Made by a program: the position numbers and the translations under genes
Notes under the pieces: model-generated
The model's database searches: none
What the model saw: only the letters and a program-made list of their open reading frames with translations
Told to the model about the DNA's origin: nothing
Shown: positions 1 to 8,804 of the stretch, piece by piece
Numbering within the stretch: position 1 is the stretch's first letter
Layout of the letters: every line of letters begins with the position of its first letter
DNA from: Candidatus Xenobia bacterium
GTDB lineage: Bacteria > Vulcanimicrobiota > Xenobia > Xenobiales > QWHO01
Direction: 5' to 3'
NCBI GenBank assembly: GCA_045863235.1
Contig: BTUM01000083.1
Location: forward strand, 1-34,438
DNA: 34,438 nt

Positions 1-126
1 GCCCGAGGACGGATCATGATCCGCTTCCGAGCCCGATCACGACGAACGTGCGTTCGTGCCCGGCCCGGGCCCCAGCTCCGTTAGGAGAACGTAACAACCT
101 CGTTTCTAACCTGTTACAAAGTTGTA

Positions 127-155
127 ATGACAAGTTCACATCCTCATGGTAAGCT
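127..155 (+). promoter_or_regulatory. sigma70-type promoter (ATGACA-17nt-TAAGCT, extended -10 TG), predicting a leaderless transcript
   Basis: ATGACA at 127-132, 17-nt spacer, TG at 147-148, TAAGCT at 150-155, then 6 nt to the ATG at 162; no Shine-Dalgarno. Confidence 0.6.
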
Positions 156-161
156 GTTACC

Positions 162-452
162 ATGGCTACCAATCCTGCTGATGCCAGTTTGCTGGCCCTC
201 ACGGCCGCCTCGCGGTCTCCCATCACTGCCGGGCAGATCCAGCTCGGCGCCTTCGTACCCGGGCCGGCCCTGGGCACGCCTCAGGGAAACGTCGAGGGGA
301 TGATGCTCTCGATGCTCAACGAGTCGTCCTTCAGCCAGGGATTCATGATGAACTATGTGGCCGACATGTTCATGTCCTACGAGAAGCTGCGCACCCAGTG
401 GGCCGCGATGCTCGGGCAAGTGGCCAAGCCAGCTGCCGCTCCCAAGGCCTGA
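162..452 (+). CDS. small hypothetical protein (96 aa, Met-rich)
   Basis: ATG start directly after a promoter-like element, GC-rich third codon positions, protein-like composition; no family recognised. Confidence 0.75.
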   Translation: MATNPADASLLALTAASRSPITAGQIQLGAFVPGPALGTPQGNVEGMMLSMLNESSFSQGFMMNYVADMFMSYEKLRTQWAAMLGQVAKPAAAPKA

Positions 453-553
453 CGGTTCCAGGCGCGCCCCTCTGGCGTAAAGTCACCACTCAGGTCCAAG
501 TGAGAATCAGTTCTCGCAGGAACCGGCCTCTCGCCCCCGAATTTATCTGATTG

Positions 554-1333
554 ATGCGTTCATTCAGATCTCGGGGGCTTACCATTCCCGAGATGCTCAC
601 GAGCATGGCCTTGTTCTCGCTCCTGAGCGCGGTGCTCTTCTTGGCTCTGAAGATGGGCAGCGACGCCTGGCGACGTATGGACGCGCAGTACGACACCCAG
701 CGCTCGCTGCGCCAGGCCGAGAACGTGCTGTTGACCGACCTCAAGCAGACCAGCTCCGCCCGGCTCAACTTCAAGAAAATCTCCAGCAGCCCCGGGAATG
801 GCGACGTGCTCTGGTTCTTGTCAGCCCAGGACCCGGCCGCGGTGGGGCCCAACTCGGAGAAGTTCGTGCGCACGACCGAGGCCGAGCCCGACTGGCAGCG
901 GACCATCCTCTACTACTGCATCCGCCCCTCCAATCACAACACCCTGGCCGGCTTCGCCTGCGGCATCGACGCCAACCCTAACGGCGACGCCTTCTGTCCC
1001 CACAAGTTCTTGATCCGCAAAGTGATCAACCTGCCCGCCACCCCCGAGACGCTCATGGCTCCCGGCGCCGTGGACGCCTATACAACTGCTCCCGCCGGGT
1101 TTGACATCAACTCGTTCGCGGGCGAGCCGGGCCTGGAGAGCGCTCGCATCATCTCCGACAAGTTTCTCTGGTTCGAGGCCAATCGGGCCGCCGGCTCGCG
1201 CCTGGTGACGGTGGACATGCGCTCGTTCCGGCTGGCCGAAGCGCGGCGCAAGATCAGCGTGGGCTCGAACTCTCTGCTCAACAGCCGATTTACGGTGCAT
1301 CACCAGCTCAGGGTCTTGCCCCAGAACCGCTAG
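554..1333 (+). CDS. prepilin-type N-terminal cleavage/methylation protein, PilW/GspJ-like minor pilin
   Basis: MRSFRSRG|LTIPEMLTSMALFSLLSAVLF class III signal with E5; start ATG 554 (alternative TTG 551); periplasmic Cys residues. Confidence 0.85.
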   Translation: MRSFRSRGLTIPEMLTSMALFSLLSAVLFLALKMGSDAWRRMDAQYDTQRSLRQAENVLLTDLKQTSSARLNFKKISSSPGNGDVLWFLSAQDPAAVGPNSEKFVRTTEAEPDWQRTILYYCIRPSNHNTLAGFACGIDANPNGDAFCPHKFLIRKVINLPATPETLMAPGAVDAYTTAPAGFDINSFAGEPGLESARIISDKFLWFEANRAAGSRLVTVDMRSFRLAEARRKISVGSNSLLNSRFTVHHQLRVLPQNR

Positions 1334-1342
1334 GAGGCGAAC

Positions 1343-3259
1343 ATGCTCAAGCTAAGAGGCATCATGCTGGTCATCACCCTGATCGGGTTGGCCATGATGG
1401 CGATGATCATCACGGCTGCGCTGATCTTGAGCCGGGGCTCGGATGCCGTGGGGGGCAGCCTGCAAGAGCAGCAGGCCGCGGTGCTCGCGGCCGAGGCGGG
1501 CCTGCAGTACGCTCGAGCCCGCCTGCAGGAGCGCCCCAACTGGAAGGGCGACGGTGACGGGGGCACCACCGTGGCCACCACCGTGCAGGCCGCCGACGGC
1601 TCCATGGTGGTGACTGAGGATAACGGCACCGTGATCGGTTACATGCGAAGCCCGGAGGGCTTGTTTCAGCAGTTTCGCTTCCGCTTCAACTACCACGACG
1701 GCAACGTGGGAGCGCCCAGCGACGCCGACGGCCTGGACAATCCTGCCTACCTCGTGGCCAGCCCCTGGGTGTCGGTCAACAACCTGATGAGCGGCGAGTC
1801 GGTGCCGACGCCTCGGGCCGTTCTCTCAGGTGGGGTCTACCGGGTGACCCCCGCCAGCCCGATGCCTTATGATTGCCCTCGCTATACCGCCGACATCATC
1901 GTCGAGGGCTACGCCGGGCCGGGCCTTCGTGAGCAGCTCTCCGGCGGCATTCCCAACCCGGACCCGCCGCGGGGGAACCAGCGCGTGGTCTCCCGGGTGG
2001 TGGAAGCGAACTTTCGGCGCGAGTCGGCCGCCACCGCCGACTCGGCCGTTTACGCCGCTCAGGACATCCATGCCCGGCTGGCCAACGGGGGCAGCCTGCT
2101 CGTCGAGTCCATGGACAGCTCGGTCAACCCCCGCATGCGCTCCAACGGCAACGTGGCCGTCGATCCGCTGGCGGCCGGGGCGGTCTCCTACAATACCTCG
2201 GCCTCGGGCGAGGTGCTGGTGCGCTCGAGTACCGGTACGTTCACGATCAATGGCGTGAATTCGGTCAGCCCGGCGGCCACCCAGCAGACTACTCCCAAGG
2301 AAGAGTTCCTCCAGCTCAAGTGGAGCGAGGTCAAGCAGGCCGTGCCCACCGACATCAACGTGCGAGCGGGAACCTACGTATGGCGGCAGGGAGGAGCCCC
2401 TCCCTACGCTCAGGCCACCCCTTATCTGGAGTATTTCCCGGTGGAGTGGACCGCGGCCGGCGTCTTCCCGGTGGGCGGGGGTAGCATGATCATGGCCAAC
2501 CCGGCCGACATCGAGATGGGCGGCAGCGGGGCCATCAACTTCGACGGCGCCAACTATCGCCTGGAGGTGCGAGACAACCTCTACGTCCAGCCTCAGGGAG
2601 CGGTGACGGGCCTGGCCATCATCCCCGAGGATGCCATCACCCTCAGCGGTTTCCGCCCGGCCACCGAGTTCGATGACGGGGGCGGGGCCAACCCCATCCT
2701 GACCAGCCAGGGCAACGTCACCTTCAAGGGCGAGGTCAAAGGCGAGGGAGCGGTCACCGCCCAGGGGGACCTGCGCTTCCAGGGCTCCAGCGCGCTGACG
2801 GTGGACCCGGATACCTCGGTGGCCCTGTATGCCCGGGGGGACATGTACCTCGAGGCCATCCCCGAGCCGGTGGTGGCCTCCGGCGCCGGCGCGGCCGCCA
2901 CGGGCGCCAGCACCACCTACACCTCCACCACCGGCACGGGTGCCGCCCTGGGAACCAGTCCCCCACCGGTGGTGCTGCAGTTCCAGGATCAGGTGATCGC
3001 CGGCATTGTCTATACGCAGGGCAACTTCACGGCCGACCTGAAGGGCCCCACCTACCAGGGTAACCTCTTCATCCGAGGCATTCTGGCCGCCTACGGCGGT
3101 GATCCCGAGGCCGGCGACGCGCCCGGGGCCAACACCAGGGGAGCGGTGCGCATCGACGCCGAGAACGCCCAGCTCAAGTTCGACTCGGCCTACATCGACT
3201 CGCTCATCGACATCTACGCGCCGGCCACCCTGGTCCAGACCCTCTACGGCGTGTTATGA
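1343..3259 (+). CDS. large PilX/GspK-like minor pilin with C-terminal beta-helix-like region (638 aa)
   Basis: RG|IMLVITLIGL (no E5) and AAEAGLQYARARL PilX-type motif; AGGAGG RBS; repeated xxxQG[N/D]xx beta-strand motifs in the C-terminal third. Confidence 0.8.
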   Translation: MLKLRGIMLVITLIGLAMMAMIITAALILSRGSDAVGGSLQEQQAAVLAAEAGLQYARARLQERPNWKGDGDGGTTVATTVQAADGSMVVTEDNGTVIGYMRSPEGLFQQFRFRFNYHDGNVGAPSDADGLDNPAYLVASPWVSVNNLMSGESVPTPRAVLSGGVYRVTPASPMPYDCPRYTADIIVEGYAGPGLREQLSGGIPNPDPPRGNQRVVSRVVEANFRRESAATADSAVYAAQDIHARLANGGSLLVESMDSSVNPRMRSNGNVAVDPLAAGAVSYNTSASGEVLVRSSTGTFTINGVNSVSPAATQQTTPKEEFLQLKWSEVKQAVPTDINVRAGTYVWRQGGAPPYAQATPYLEYFPVEWTAAGVFPVGGGSMIMANPADIEMGGSGAINFDGANYRLEVRDNLYVQPQGAVTGLAIIPEDAITLSGFRPATEFDDGGGANPILTSQGNVTFKGEVKGEGAVTAQGDLRFQGSSALTVDPDTSVALYARGDMYLEAIPEPVVASGAGAAATGASTTYTSTTGTGAALGTSPPPVVLQFQDQVIAGIVYTQGNFTADLKGPTYQGNLFIRGILAAYGGDPEAGDAPGANTRGAVRIDAENAQLKFDSAYIDSLIDIYAPATLVQTLYGVL

Positions 3260-5715
3260 GCGTCTCGGTCGTCCTTCCTGCTCACCGGGGGGGACCCGAG
3301 CTGGAGGCCGCACTGGCCGCGCTGGCGGCCAGCTCTCCGCCGCCCGACGAGGTGATCGTGGTGGACGATGCCTCGACGGACCACGAGCCCGAGCGTCTGG
3401 CCAAGCACTACGGCTTTGCCTGCCTGAGGCTGGAAAAGCCCTCGGGCCCGGCCGCGGCCCGCAACCGAGGGGCCGAGGCGGCCCGCGGAGAGCGCCTGGT
3501 GTTCCTCGACTCGGACGTGGAGGTGCGTCCCGACACGGTGGCCCGCCTGGCGGCCGCCCTCGAGGACCACCCGGCCGTCTTCGGCTCGTATGATGACGAC
3601 CCGCACCACCGCGACCTGGCATCTTTGTATGCCAACCTTCGCCACCATTTCGTGCACCAGCACTCCGAGAGCGACACCGGAACCTTCTGGGCGGCCTGCG
3701 GTGCCGTGCGCCGCAGCGCCTTCCTGAAGGCAGGCGGTTTCTGCGAGAGCTACCCCCACCCGTCCGTCGAGGACATCGATCTGGGGATGCGGTTGGCCGC
3801 GCAGGGAGATCGCCCCCGCCTGCTGCCGGAGATCCAGGTTCGTCACTGGAAGCGCTGGACCCTGAGAAGTCTGTGGACCACCGACATCTGCTACCGCGCC
3901 CTTCCCTGGAGCCGCAAGCTGCTCGAGGCGGGCTCGCTGCCCCCGGTGCTGAACCTGGACTGGAGCAACCGGCTCAGCGCGGCGCTGGCCTGGATGGCGG
4001 TGCTGTGGCTGACTTCCCCGGCCACGAGCCTGACGGCCCTGGTGGCCTGGCTGGTGGTCAACCGGGAACTGGCGGCTTTGTTCGCGCGCCAGCGCTGCCT
4101 GCCGTGCCTGGCCCTGCACTTTCTCCATCACCTCTACGCCAGCGCCGTCTACGTCCTGGTGGCGCTGCACTTTACCTTGCGCCGGCGAGGGCTGGCTCTG
4201 TTGCTGTTGGCCGCGGCCTGCAACTACCTGGTCTGGCTGGTGGTCTGGCCGCCTCTGCACCCCCCCGACGAGACCCAGCACTTTCTCTACGTGCGCGACA
4301 TGGCCCGCGAGCCGCGCTGGCGCATGGGGTTTGAGACCACCGTGCCCGAGGAGATGGTCTGGCTGGGCGACTGGTCCGGCCTGGGGGCGACCAGGGGGCG
4401 CATGCCTCGCCACACGCGCGCCGAGGCCCAGGACGTGTGGCATAACCTGGAGCGGCTGGTGGGCCAGGGCCAGGAAGCCTATCTCAAGGACGACCCTTAC
4501 GGCCGTTTCGTGCCCAACGGCCCCTTTCGGCGCTACCATCCTCCCCTCTACCCGGCCCTGGCTGCCCCCTCCCATGCGGCGCTGGCGCACCAGCCCATCG
4601 TGGCCCGCCTGGCCGCCCAGCGGCTGGTCTCGGTAGCCCTGGCGCTCTTGACCGTGGCCCTGGTGGTGGCCATCGGCCGCGAGCTGTGGCCGCGTTCTCC
4701 GCGCTGCTCGCTGGCCCTGGGCATCATGGTGGCCTTCCATCCCACGTTCAGCTTCTATGCCTCGGTCGCCAACAACGAGATGCTCGAGGTGGCTCTGGCT
4801 ACCCTGTTTGTCTGGTTGACCCTGCGGGCCCGACGCCTGGGCTTCGGGCCCAGGCGGGTGGGCGCTCTCGGCCTGGTGCTGGCCCTGGGCCTCCTGACCC
4901 GGCTGAGCTTTCTGGCCGTGGTGGCCTCCTCGGTCACCCTCTGGAGGCGGGCCGGCCTGCTCCTGCTGGCCATTCCCTTGCTGCTGGCCGGTTGGTGGTA
5001 CGTCCCCTTGCTGACCGGCGAGACCGGGGCCGTGGTGGCTTACTACAAAGCCGGCGACTACGCCGCCCCCTACCACAGCCCGCTGGCCTCACCGCTGGCT
5101 TACTTTCGCCAGTTCGACTGGGACCGCTGGGTCTGGCTGGGGCTCGACTACTGGTGCGGTCCCCTGGGGACCGGGATGGACCACCCGCAGGCCACCCCGG
5201 GCGACCTCCTGGCGGTGGCGCTGGCGGTGGCGGCCGCCTTCCTGGCTCTGCTGGCTCTGGCCAGCCTCCTGTCCAGGAAGCGTCGCTCGGCTGCGCTGCT
5301 TGACCTCGCCCTGCCTACTTTCTTCTTTTGCTGTTTCTACCAGGCCGCAGACTACCTGATGTTCCGCGACGGCGAAGGCTTCTTTTTGATCCGCGATCAG
5401 TATCTGCTGGCGGGCATCGCCGGCCAGATGGCCCTGGTCGTGACCGGCGGCCTGCTGCTGGCCGGGCGGGTCGCTCCGCCCCTGCTGGCCCTGGCGCTGC
5501 TGGCTTTGAACCTGCACACTCTCAAGCGCATCCTGACGCATTATTATCCCGCCAGCGGCTGGCAGGGCCTGGTCGAGCAGGCGGCCACGGCCTGGTGGTT
5601 GCCCATTCCGCTGGCTTTTCTGCTGGTCGGGCTGGCTCTGGCGTCCAGTCTGGCGCTGGTGGCCTCGCTCGCCAACCAGCCAGGAAGTCTCCCGATCTCC
5701 CGGGAAACGAGCTGA
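3256..5715 (+). CDS. fusion of family 2 glycosyltransferase and polytopic GT-C-like (DUF2142/ArnT-PMT-like) membrane domain
   Basis: N-terminal VSVVLPA, VVDDASTD, GPAAARNRG, FLDSD, EDIDLG; after about aa 310 PPDETQH, YHPPLYP, VANNE and many TM helices; ATGA overlap with the upstream stop. Confidence 0.8.
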   Translation: MSVSVVLPAHRGGPELEAALAALAASSPPPDEVIVVDDASTDHEPERLAKHYGFACLRLEKPSGPAAARNRGAEAARGERLVFLDSDVEVRPDTVARLAAALEDHPAVFGSYDDDPHHRDLASLYANLRHHFVHQHSESDTGTFWAACGAVRRSAFLKAGGFCESYPHPSVEDIDLGMRLAAQGDRPRLLPEIQVRHWKRWTLRSLWTTDICYRALPWSRKLLEAGSLPPVLNLDWSNRLSAALAWMAVLWLTSPATSLTALVAWLVVNRELAALFARQRCLPCLALHFLHHLYASAVYVLVALHFTLRRRGLALLLLAAACNYLVWLVVWPPLHPPDETQHFLYVRDMAREPRWRMGFETTVPEEMVWLGDWSGLGATRGRMPRHTRAEAQDVWHNLERLVGQGQEAYLKDDPYGRFVPNGPFRRYHPPLYPALAAPSHAALAHQPIVARLAAQRLVSVALALLTVALVVAIGRELWPRSPRCSLALGIMVAFHPTFSFYASVANNEMLEVALATLFVWLTLRARRLGFGPRRVGALGLVLALGLLTRLSFLAVVASSVTLWRRAGLLLLAIPLLLAGWWYVPLLTGETGAVVAYYKAGDYAAPYHSPLASPLAYFRQFDWDRWVWLGLDYWCGPLGTGMDHPQATPGDLLAVALAVAAAFLALLALASLLSRKRRSAALLDLALPTFFFCCFYQAADYLMFRDGEGFFLIRDQYLLAGIAGQMALVVTGGLLLAGRVAPPLLALALLALNLHTLKRILTHYYPASGWQGLVEQAATAWWLPIPLAFLLVGLALASSLALVASLANQPGSLPISRETS

Positions 5716-5716
5716 A

Positions 5717-6166
5717 ATGCGGAAACTCGCCATCATGGTGTTGCTGGTGCTCATGGGCTGCTCGGGCGCGCCGGCTCAGAAGGTCGAGAAAGTGGAAGAG
5801 CTGCCCCCACCAGATCTGAGCACCCGCCCCTTCGGGGTGGCCAGCGAGTTCCTCACCGCGTTGCAGAATCAGAAGTACGCCCAGGCTCAGCGCTTGCTCA
5901 GCCAGCGGCTGGCCTCCGAGCTCACCACCGCCGACCTGGAGAGCCGGATGCGCGGCTTTCACAGCCGCGACCCCGAACTGGTCGAGCAGCTGCAAGTCAG
6001 CCGGGAGCAGCTGCTGGACGAACGGGGAATGGTGGAGATTCGCCCGGTTTCGGCCGATCTGGCTTCCCAGCCTACCTGGAAGCTCTGGTTTGTGAAGGAA
6101 GGCGGCAAGTGGCGCATCTACGCGGTCGAAGGCCAGCCGTTTCCCGCCCTGGACTACCGGCGATAA
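5717..6166 (+). CDS. lipoprotein, NTF2-like/DUF4878-like
   Basis: MRKLAIMVLLVLMG|C lipobox; FLTALQNQKYAQAQRLLS and FVKEGGKWRI patterns. Confidence 0.75.
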   Translation: MRKLAIMVLLVLMGCSGAPAQKVEKVEELPPPDLSTRPFGVASEFLTALQNQKYAQAQRLLSQRLASELTTADLESRMRGFHSRDPELVEQLQVSREQLLDERGMVEIRPVSADLASQPTWKLWFVKEGGKWRIYAVEGQPFPALDYRR

Positions 6167-7563
6167 GGATAGGGCCCGAACAGCTTCTCGAAGCCGCCCT
6201 CATCGTCATCCACGCAGACGTAGCGCGTCATCAGCACCTTCTCCACCGGGGCCGTGGCTCCATCCGGCAGAGTCAGCTCGCGCATGAACCAGAGCTTGAC
6301 CACTTTGACCTGCCAGGGCCCCCGGTGGGTCTGGTTCCAAACCCGGCCCAGGTAGCGGCAGTAGAAAGCCCGGTGGGGACTGCCCCGCAACTCGTAAAGC
6401 GTCATCAGGTATTTGCGCCAGCGCTCGTTCTTGTAGGTGTCGGCCACATGGGGAGGTTTGTCCCAGACCAGATCCTGGCCGGTGGTGAGGTCCACCACGC
6501 GGCCGTTGGCCAACTCCCCCTCGCGGACGTACCAGCCGTCGTGGGAGAGGGGCTGGGGGGCGAACATCCCCCAGTGCTGATCCATCCGGAAGAGCAGCGG
6601 GATGAACCGGGGAGCGGGCACCCGCGGCCACAGGTTGTGCAGGTTCCAGCCCAGGTTGAGCAGCATCAGCAGGGCCACCACGACGCTGGCTGGGCGGGGC
6701 AGAGTGGGGGGTGGGGGCCCTTCGAGAGGGATCTTGGGCCGCGGCCACACCGCACTCGGCAAGAGGCCCAGGGCCGCCACGGTGGCCACGCCGCTGAAGA
6801 TGCCCAGGTGCATGCAGCTGGCGATGCCCAGATGCAGGCTGACCGTGCCCAGCACCGCCAGGGTGCGAAACAAGCCATTCTTCCAGGGGAGGAAGATAAG
6901 CACCGGGACCGAGAGCTGGAAGGCGACCACGGTGTAGCTGAGGGCGCTCATCAAGGCGGGGTAGTGGAGCAGCCTCTCGCCCAGGGGGGTGGTGAACTGG
7001 TCGATGCTCAGGGCGTAGTAGACGGCCGTGCCGTTGCGCCAGGCCTCGCCCGACTTGTGCAGGCCGGCCGTCAGGTAGAGCAAGACGATCTGCAGGGTGT
7101 AGGCCAGCGTGCCGGCGTCGGCCACCAGCAGGCTTCTGGGCGGAGCCTGGCCTCGGCTGTCGAGCGACCAGAGGCGGCCCCAGGGCAGGAAGACGCCCCA
7201 CAGGAGCAGCACCCGCAGCAGCACGTCCCCGCTGTTGAGCACCATGGGGTTGCGGGCCTGCACCGAGCACAACATGAACCACGAGATCAGGGATGCCCAG
7301 CGGGTGTGCCAGCCCAGCACCAGGGCTGTGGCCGCCAGGCCGGCCAGCAAGAAGAGGGCGGCCTGAAAGGCCCACTGGCCGCTCCCCATGTGGACCGAGA
7401 ACCAGAGCGGCTGCTCAGCCACTTCGATCAGGTCGGCGCGCGGCAACACCCCGGCGTCGGTGTAGTGGGCCACCAGGTCGGTGGCGCGCAAAAAGACATC
7501 CACCAGCAGCACGCCTCCGAGCGCGATGCGGAAGAGGGCCAGCGAGCGAAGATCTGCCCCCAC
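6154..7563 (-). CDS. HTTM domain membrane protein (vitamin K-dependent gamma-carboxylase-like)
   Basis: DLRSLALFRI, YTDAGVLPR, LGWHTR, RNPMVLNSGD, KSGEAWRNG, DQHWGMFAP, RWRKY motifs; exact start uncertain. Confidence 0.85.
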   Translation of the reverse strand: MGADLRSLALFRIALGGVLLVDVFLRATDLVAHYTDAGVLPRADLIEVAEQPLWFSVHMGSGQWAFQAALFLLAGLAATALVLGWHTRWASLISWFMLCSVQARNPMVLNSGDVLLRVLLLWGVFLPWGRLWSLDSRGQAPPRSLLVADAGTLAYTLQIVLLYLTAGLHKSGEAWRNGTAVYYALSIDQFTTPLGERLLHYPALMSALSYTVVAFQLSVPVLIFLPWKNGLFRTLAVLGTVSLHLGIASCMHLGIFSGVATVAALGLLPSAVWPRPKIPLEGPPPPTLPRPASVVVALLMLLNLGWNLHNLWPRVPAPRFIPLLFRMDQHWGMFAPQPLSHDGWYVREGELANGRVVDLTTGQDLVWDKPPHVADTYKNERWRKYLMTLYELRGSPHRAFYCRYLGRVWNQTHRGPWQVKVVKLWFMRELTLPDGATAPVEKVLMTRYVCVDDDEGGFEKLFGPYPYRR

Positions 7564-7614
7564 CAGTGGCTGGAACCAGGATGTCTTAGCCGTGCCGTCT
7601 AACTTTGACAGGAC

Positions 7615-8118
7615 ATGAAGCCGCTCCTACCGACCCCGGGCAGGGGGTTCACACTGGCCGAGCTGATGGTCTCGGTGGGTCTCATCTCGACCGCCATCCT
7701 GCTGGCCATCGGGGTGTTCACGGCCCTGCTGCGCTCCACCCAGAAGTCGGCCGACCGAAGCTCCGGGGCCGTGGTGGCCGGCTCGGTGCTCAACGACGAG
7801 ATTTACAGCATTTTCAGCGGCACCCACCCCACGATGAGCAAGAACGCCTTCTTCACCAACAACGCCCCTCCCGGAGGGCCGCTGCTGGGGACGGTCAACC
7901 TCAATGGGACGCTCTTCTCCTACCAGATCTACCACACCACCCTGCAGGACGTGTCCGGCGGAGGCGGCACCATCGGCGACGTGATGGCCGCCAATCGGCT
8001 CAAGCGAGCCGACATCACCGTCTGGTGGTGGACCCCCCAGGCCGAGAACCAGCGCTCGGGCTACGGCTACCTGCGCACGGGCCTGAGCAGGCTGATCAAC
8101 GAGAGGCAGGAGTTCTGA
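7615..8118 (+). CDS. prepilin-type protein, PilV/GspI-like minor pilin
   Basis: RG|FTLAELMVSVGLISTAILLAIGVF; C-terminal LKRADITVWW strand typical of PilV/GspI. Confidence 0.85.
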   Translation: MKPLLPTPGRGFTLAELMVSVGLISTAILLAIGVFTALLRSTQKSADRSSGAVVAGSVLNDEIYSIFSGTHPTMSKNAFFTNNAPPGGPLLGTVNLNGTLFSYQIYHTTLQDVSGGGGTIGDVMAANRLKRADITVWWWTPQAENQRSGYGYLRTGLSRLINERQEF

Positions 8119-8779
8119 TCCGCCGCAGCAGCACCACCATCCCGATCAGCACGATTCCCAGGGCGGCCCAGGCCAGGGTTACGTGGCGACTCAGCCAGCT
8201 GACCAGCCCGGCTCCGGGAAAGGCGGGCTGCAGCTTGACCGGGGGCAAGGCGCCCTTCTCCAGCTCCTCCAGCGTGACGTCCAGGCTGGCGGAGCGATAG
8301 CCCGGCAGGGTCAGGGTGAAGCGAACCGGGTCCTGGCGACGCCGCAGTTCGGCCATGGAGGCCAGGTTCAGCTCCAGCGGCGCTCCCGTGGTGCCCAGCG
8401 CCTGGTCTTGCCAGAGCACCGTGGCACCGCCTGGCTGGCTCTGGAAGGTGACCTTTAGCAGGCGGGGACGCAGGCGGTAGAAGCTGTGCTCTTCCAGGGG
8501 CAGACGTCCCTCCTCGAGCAGGCGCCGGGAGTCGACCTCCACCCCCAGCGGCTCGTAGCCGGGGCGGGAGAGCTCGAGCTTGAGGGTTCCCCTGGCCAGG
8601 CTCAGGGGGAGCAGCACCGACCCGGGCCGGCCCTCCTGCAGGGTCACCGGGGGCTGGCTGAGCACCCGGACCTGGCAGCCGGGTGGCAGCGTGGAGACCA
8701 CCACTTCCCGCGGCGGCGACTCGCTCCACGAGGGCAGCCACAGGCAGAGGGCGAACCAGATCCAGGTTGTTGTCTTCAC
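8096..8779 (-). CDS. exported protein with two PEGA-like domains and C-terminal membrane anchor
   Basis: signal peptide; VSTLPPGCQV..LSRPGYEP and FQSQPGGATV..LGTTG..LTLPGYRS; C-terminal hydrophobic helix followed by RRIR. Confidence 0.7.
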   Translation of the reverse strand: MKTTTWIWFALCLWLPSWSESPPREVVVSTLPPGCQVRVLSQPPVTLQEGRPGSVLLPLSLARGTLKLELSRPGYEPLGVEVDSRRLLEEGRLPLEEHSFYRLRPRLLKVTFQSQPGGATVLWQDQALGTTGAPLELNLASMAELRRRQDPVRFTLTLPGYRSASLDVTLEELEKGALPPVKLQPAFPGAGLVSWLSRHVTLAWAALGIVLIGMVVLLRRIRTPASR

Positions 8780-8804
8780 TCAGGGGTCTTCGAGAGACAG
8801 AGCC

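Noticed and set aside
1..84. Open frame ending TAG at 82-84 and short palindromes at 10-23 and 42-57
   Set aside because: Too little sequence at the window edge to support a CDS or regulatory call
453..525. Possible structured RNA between the small ORF and the first pilin (CGGTTCC/GGAACCG arms, GAGAA/TTCTC hairpin)
   Set aside because: Short GC-rich stems are expected by chance and match no RNA family I recognise
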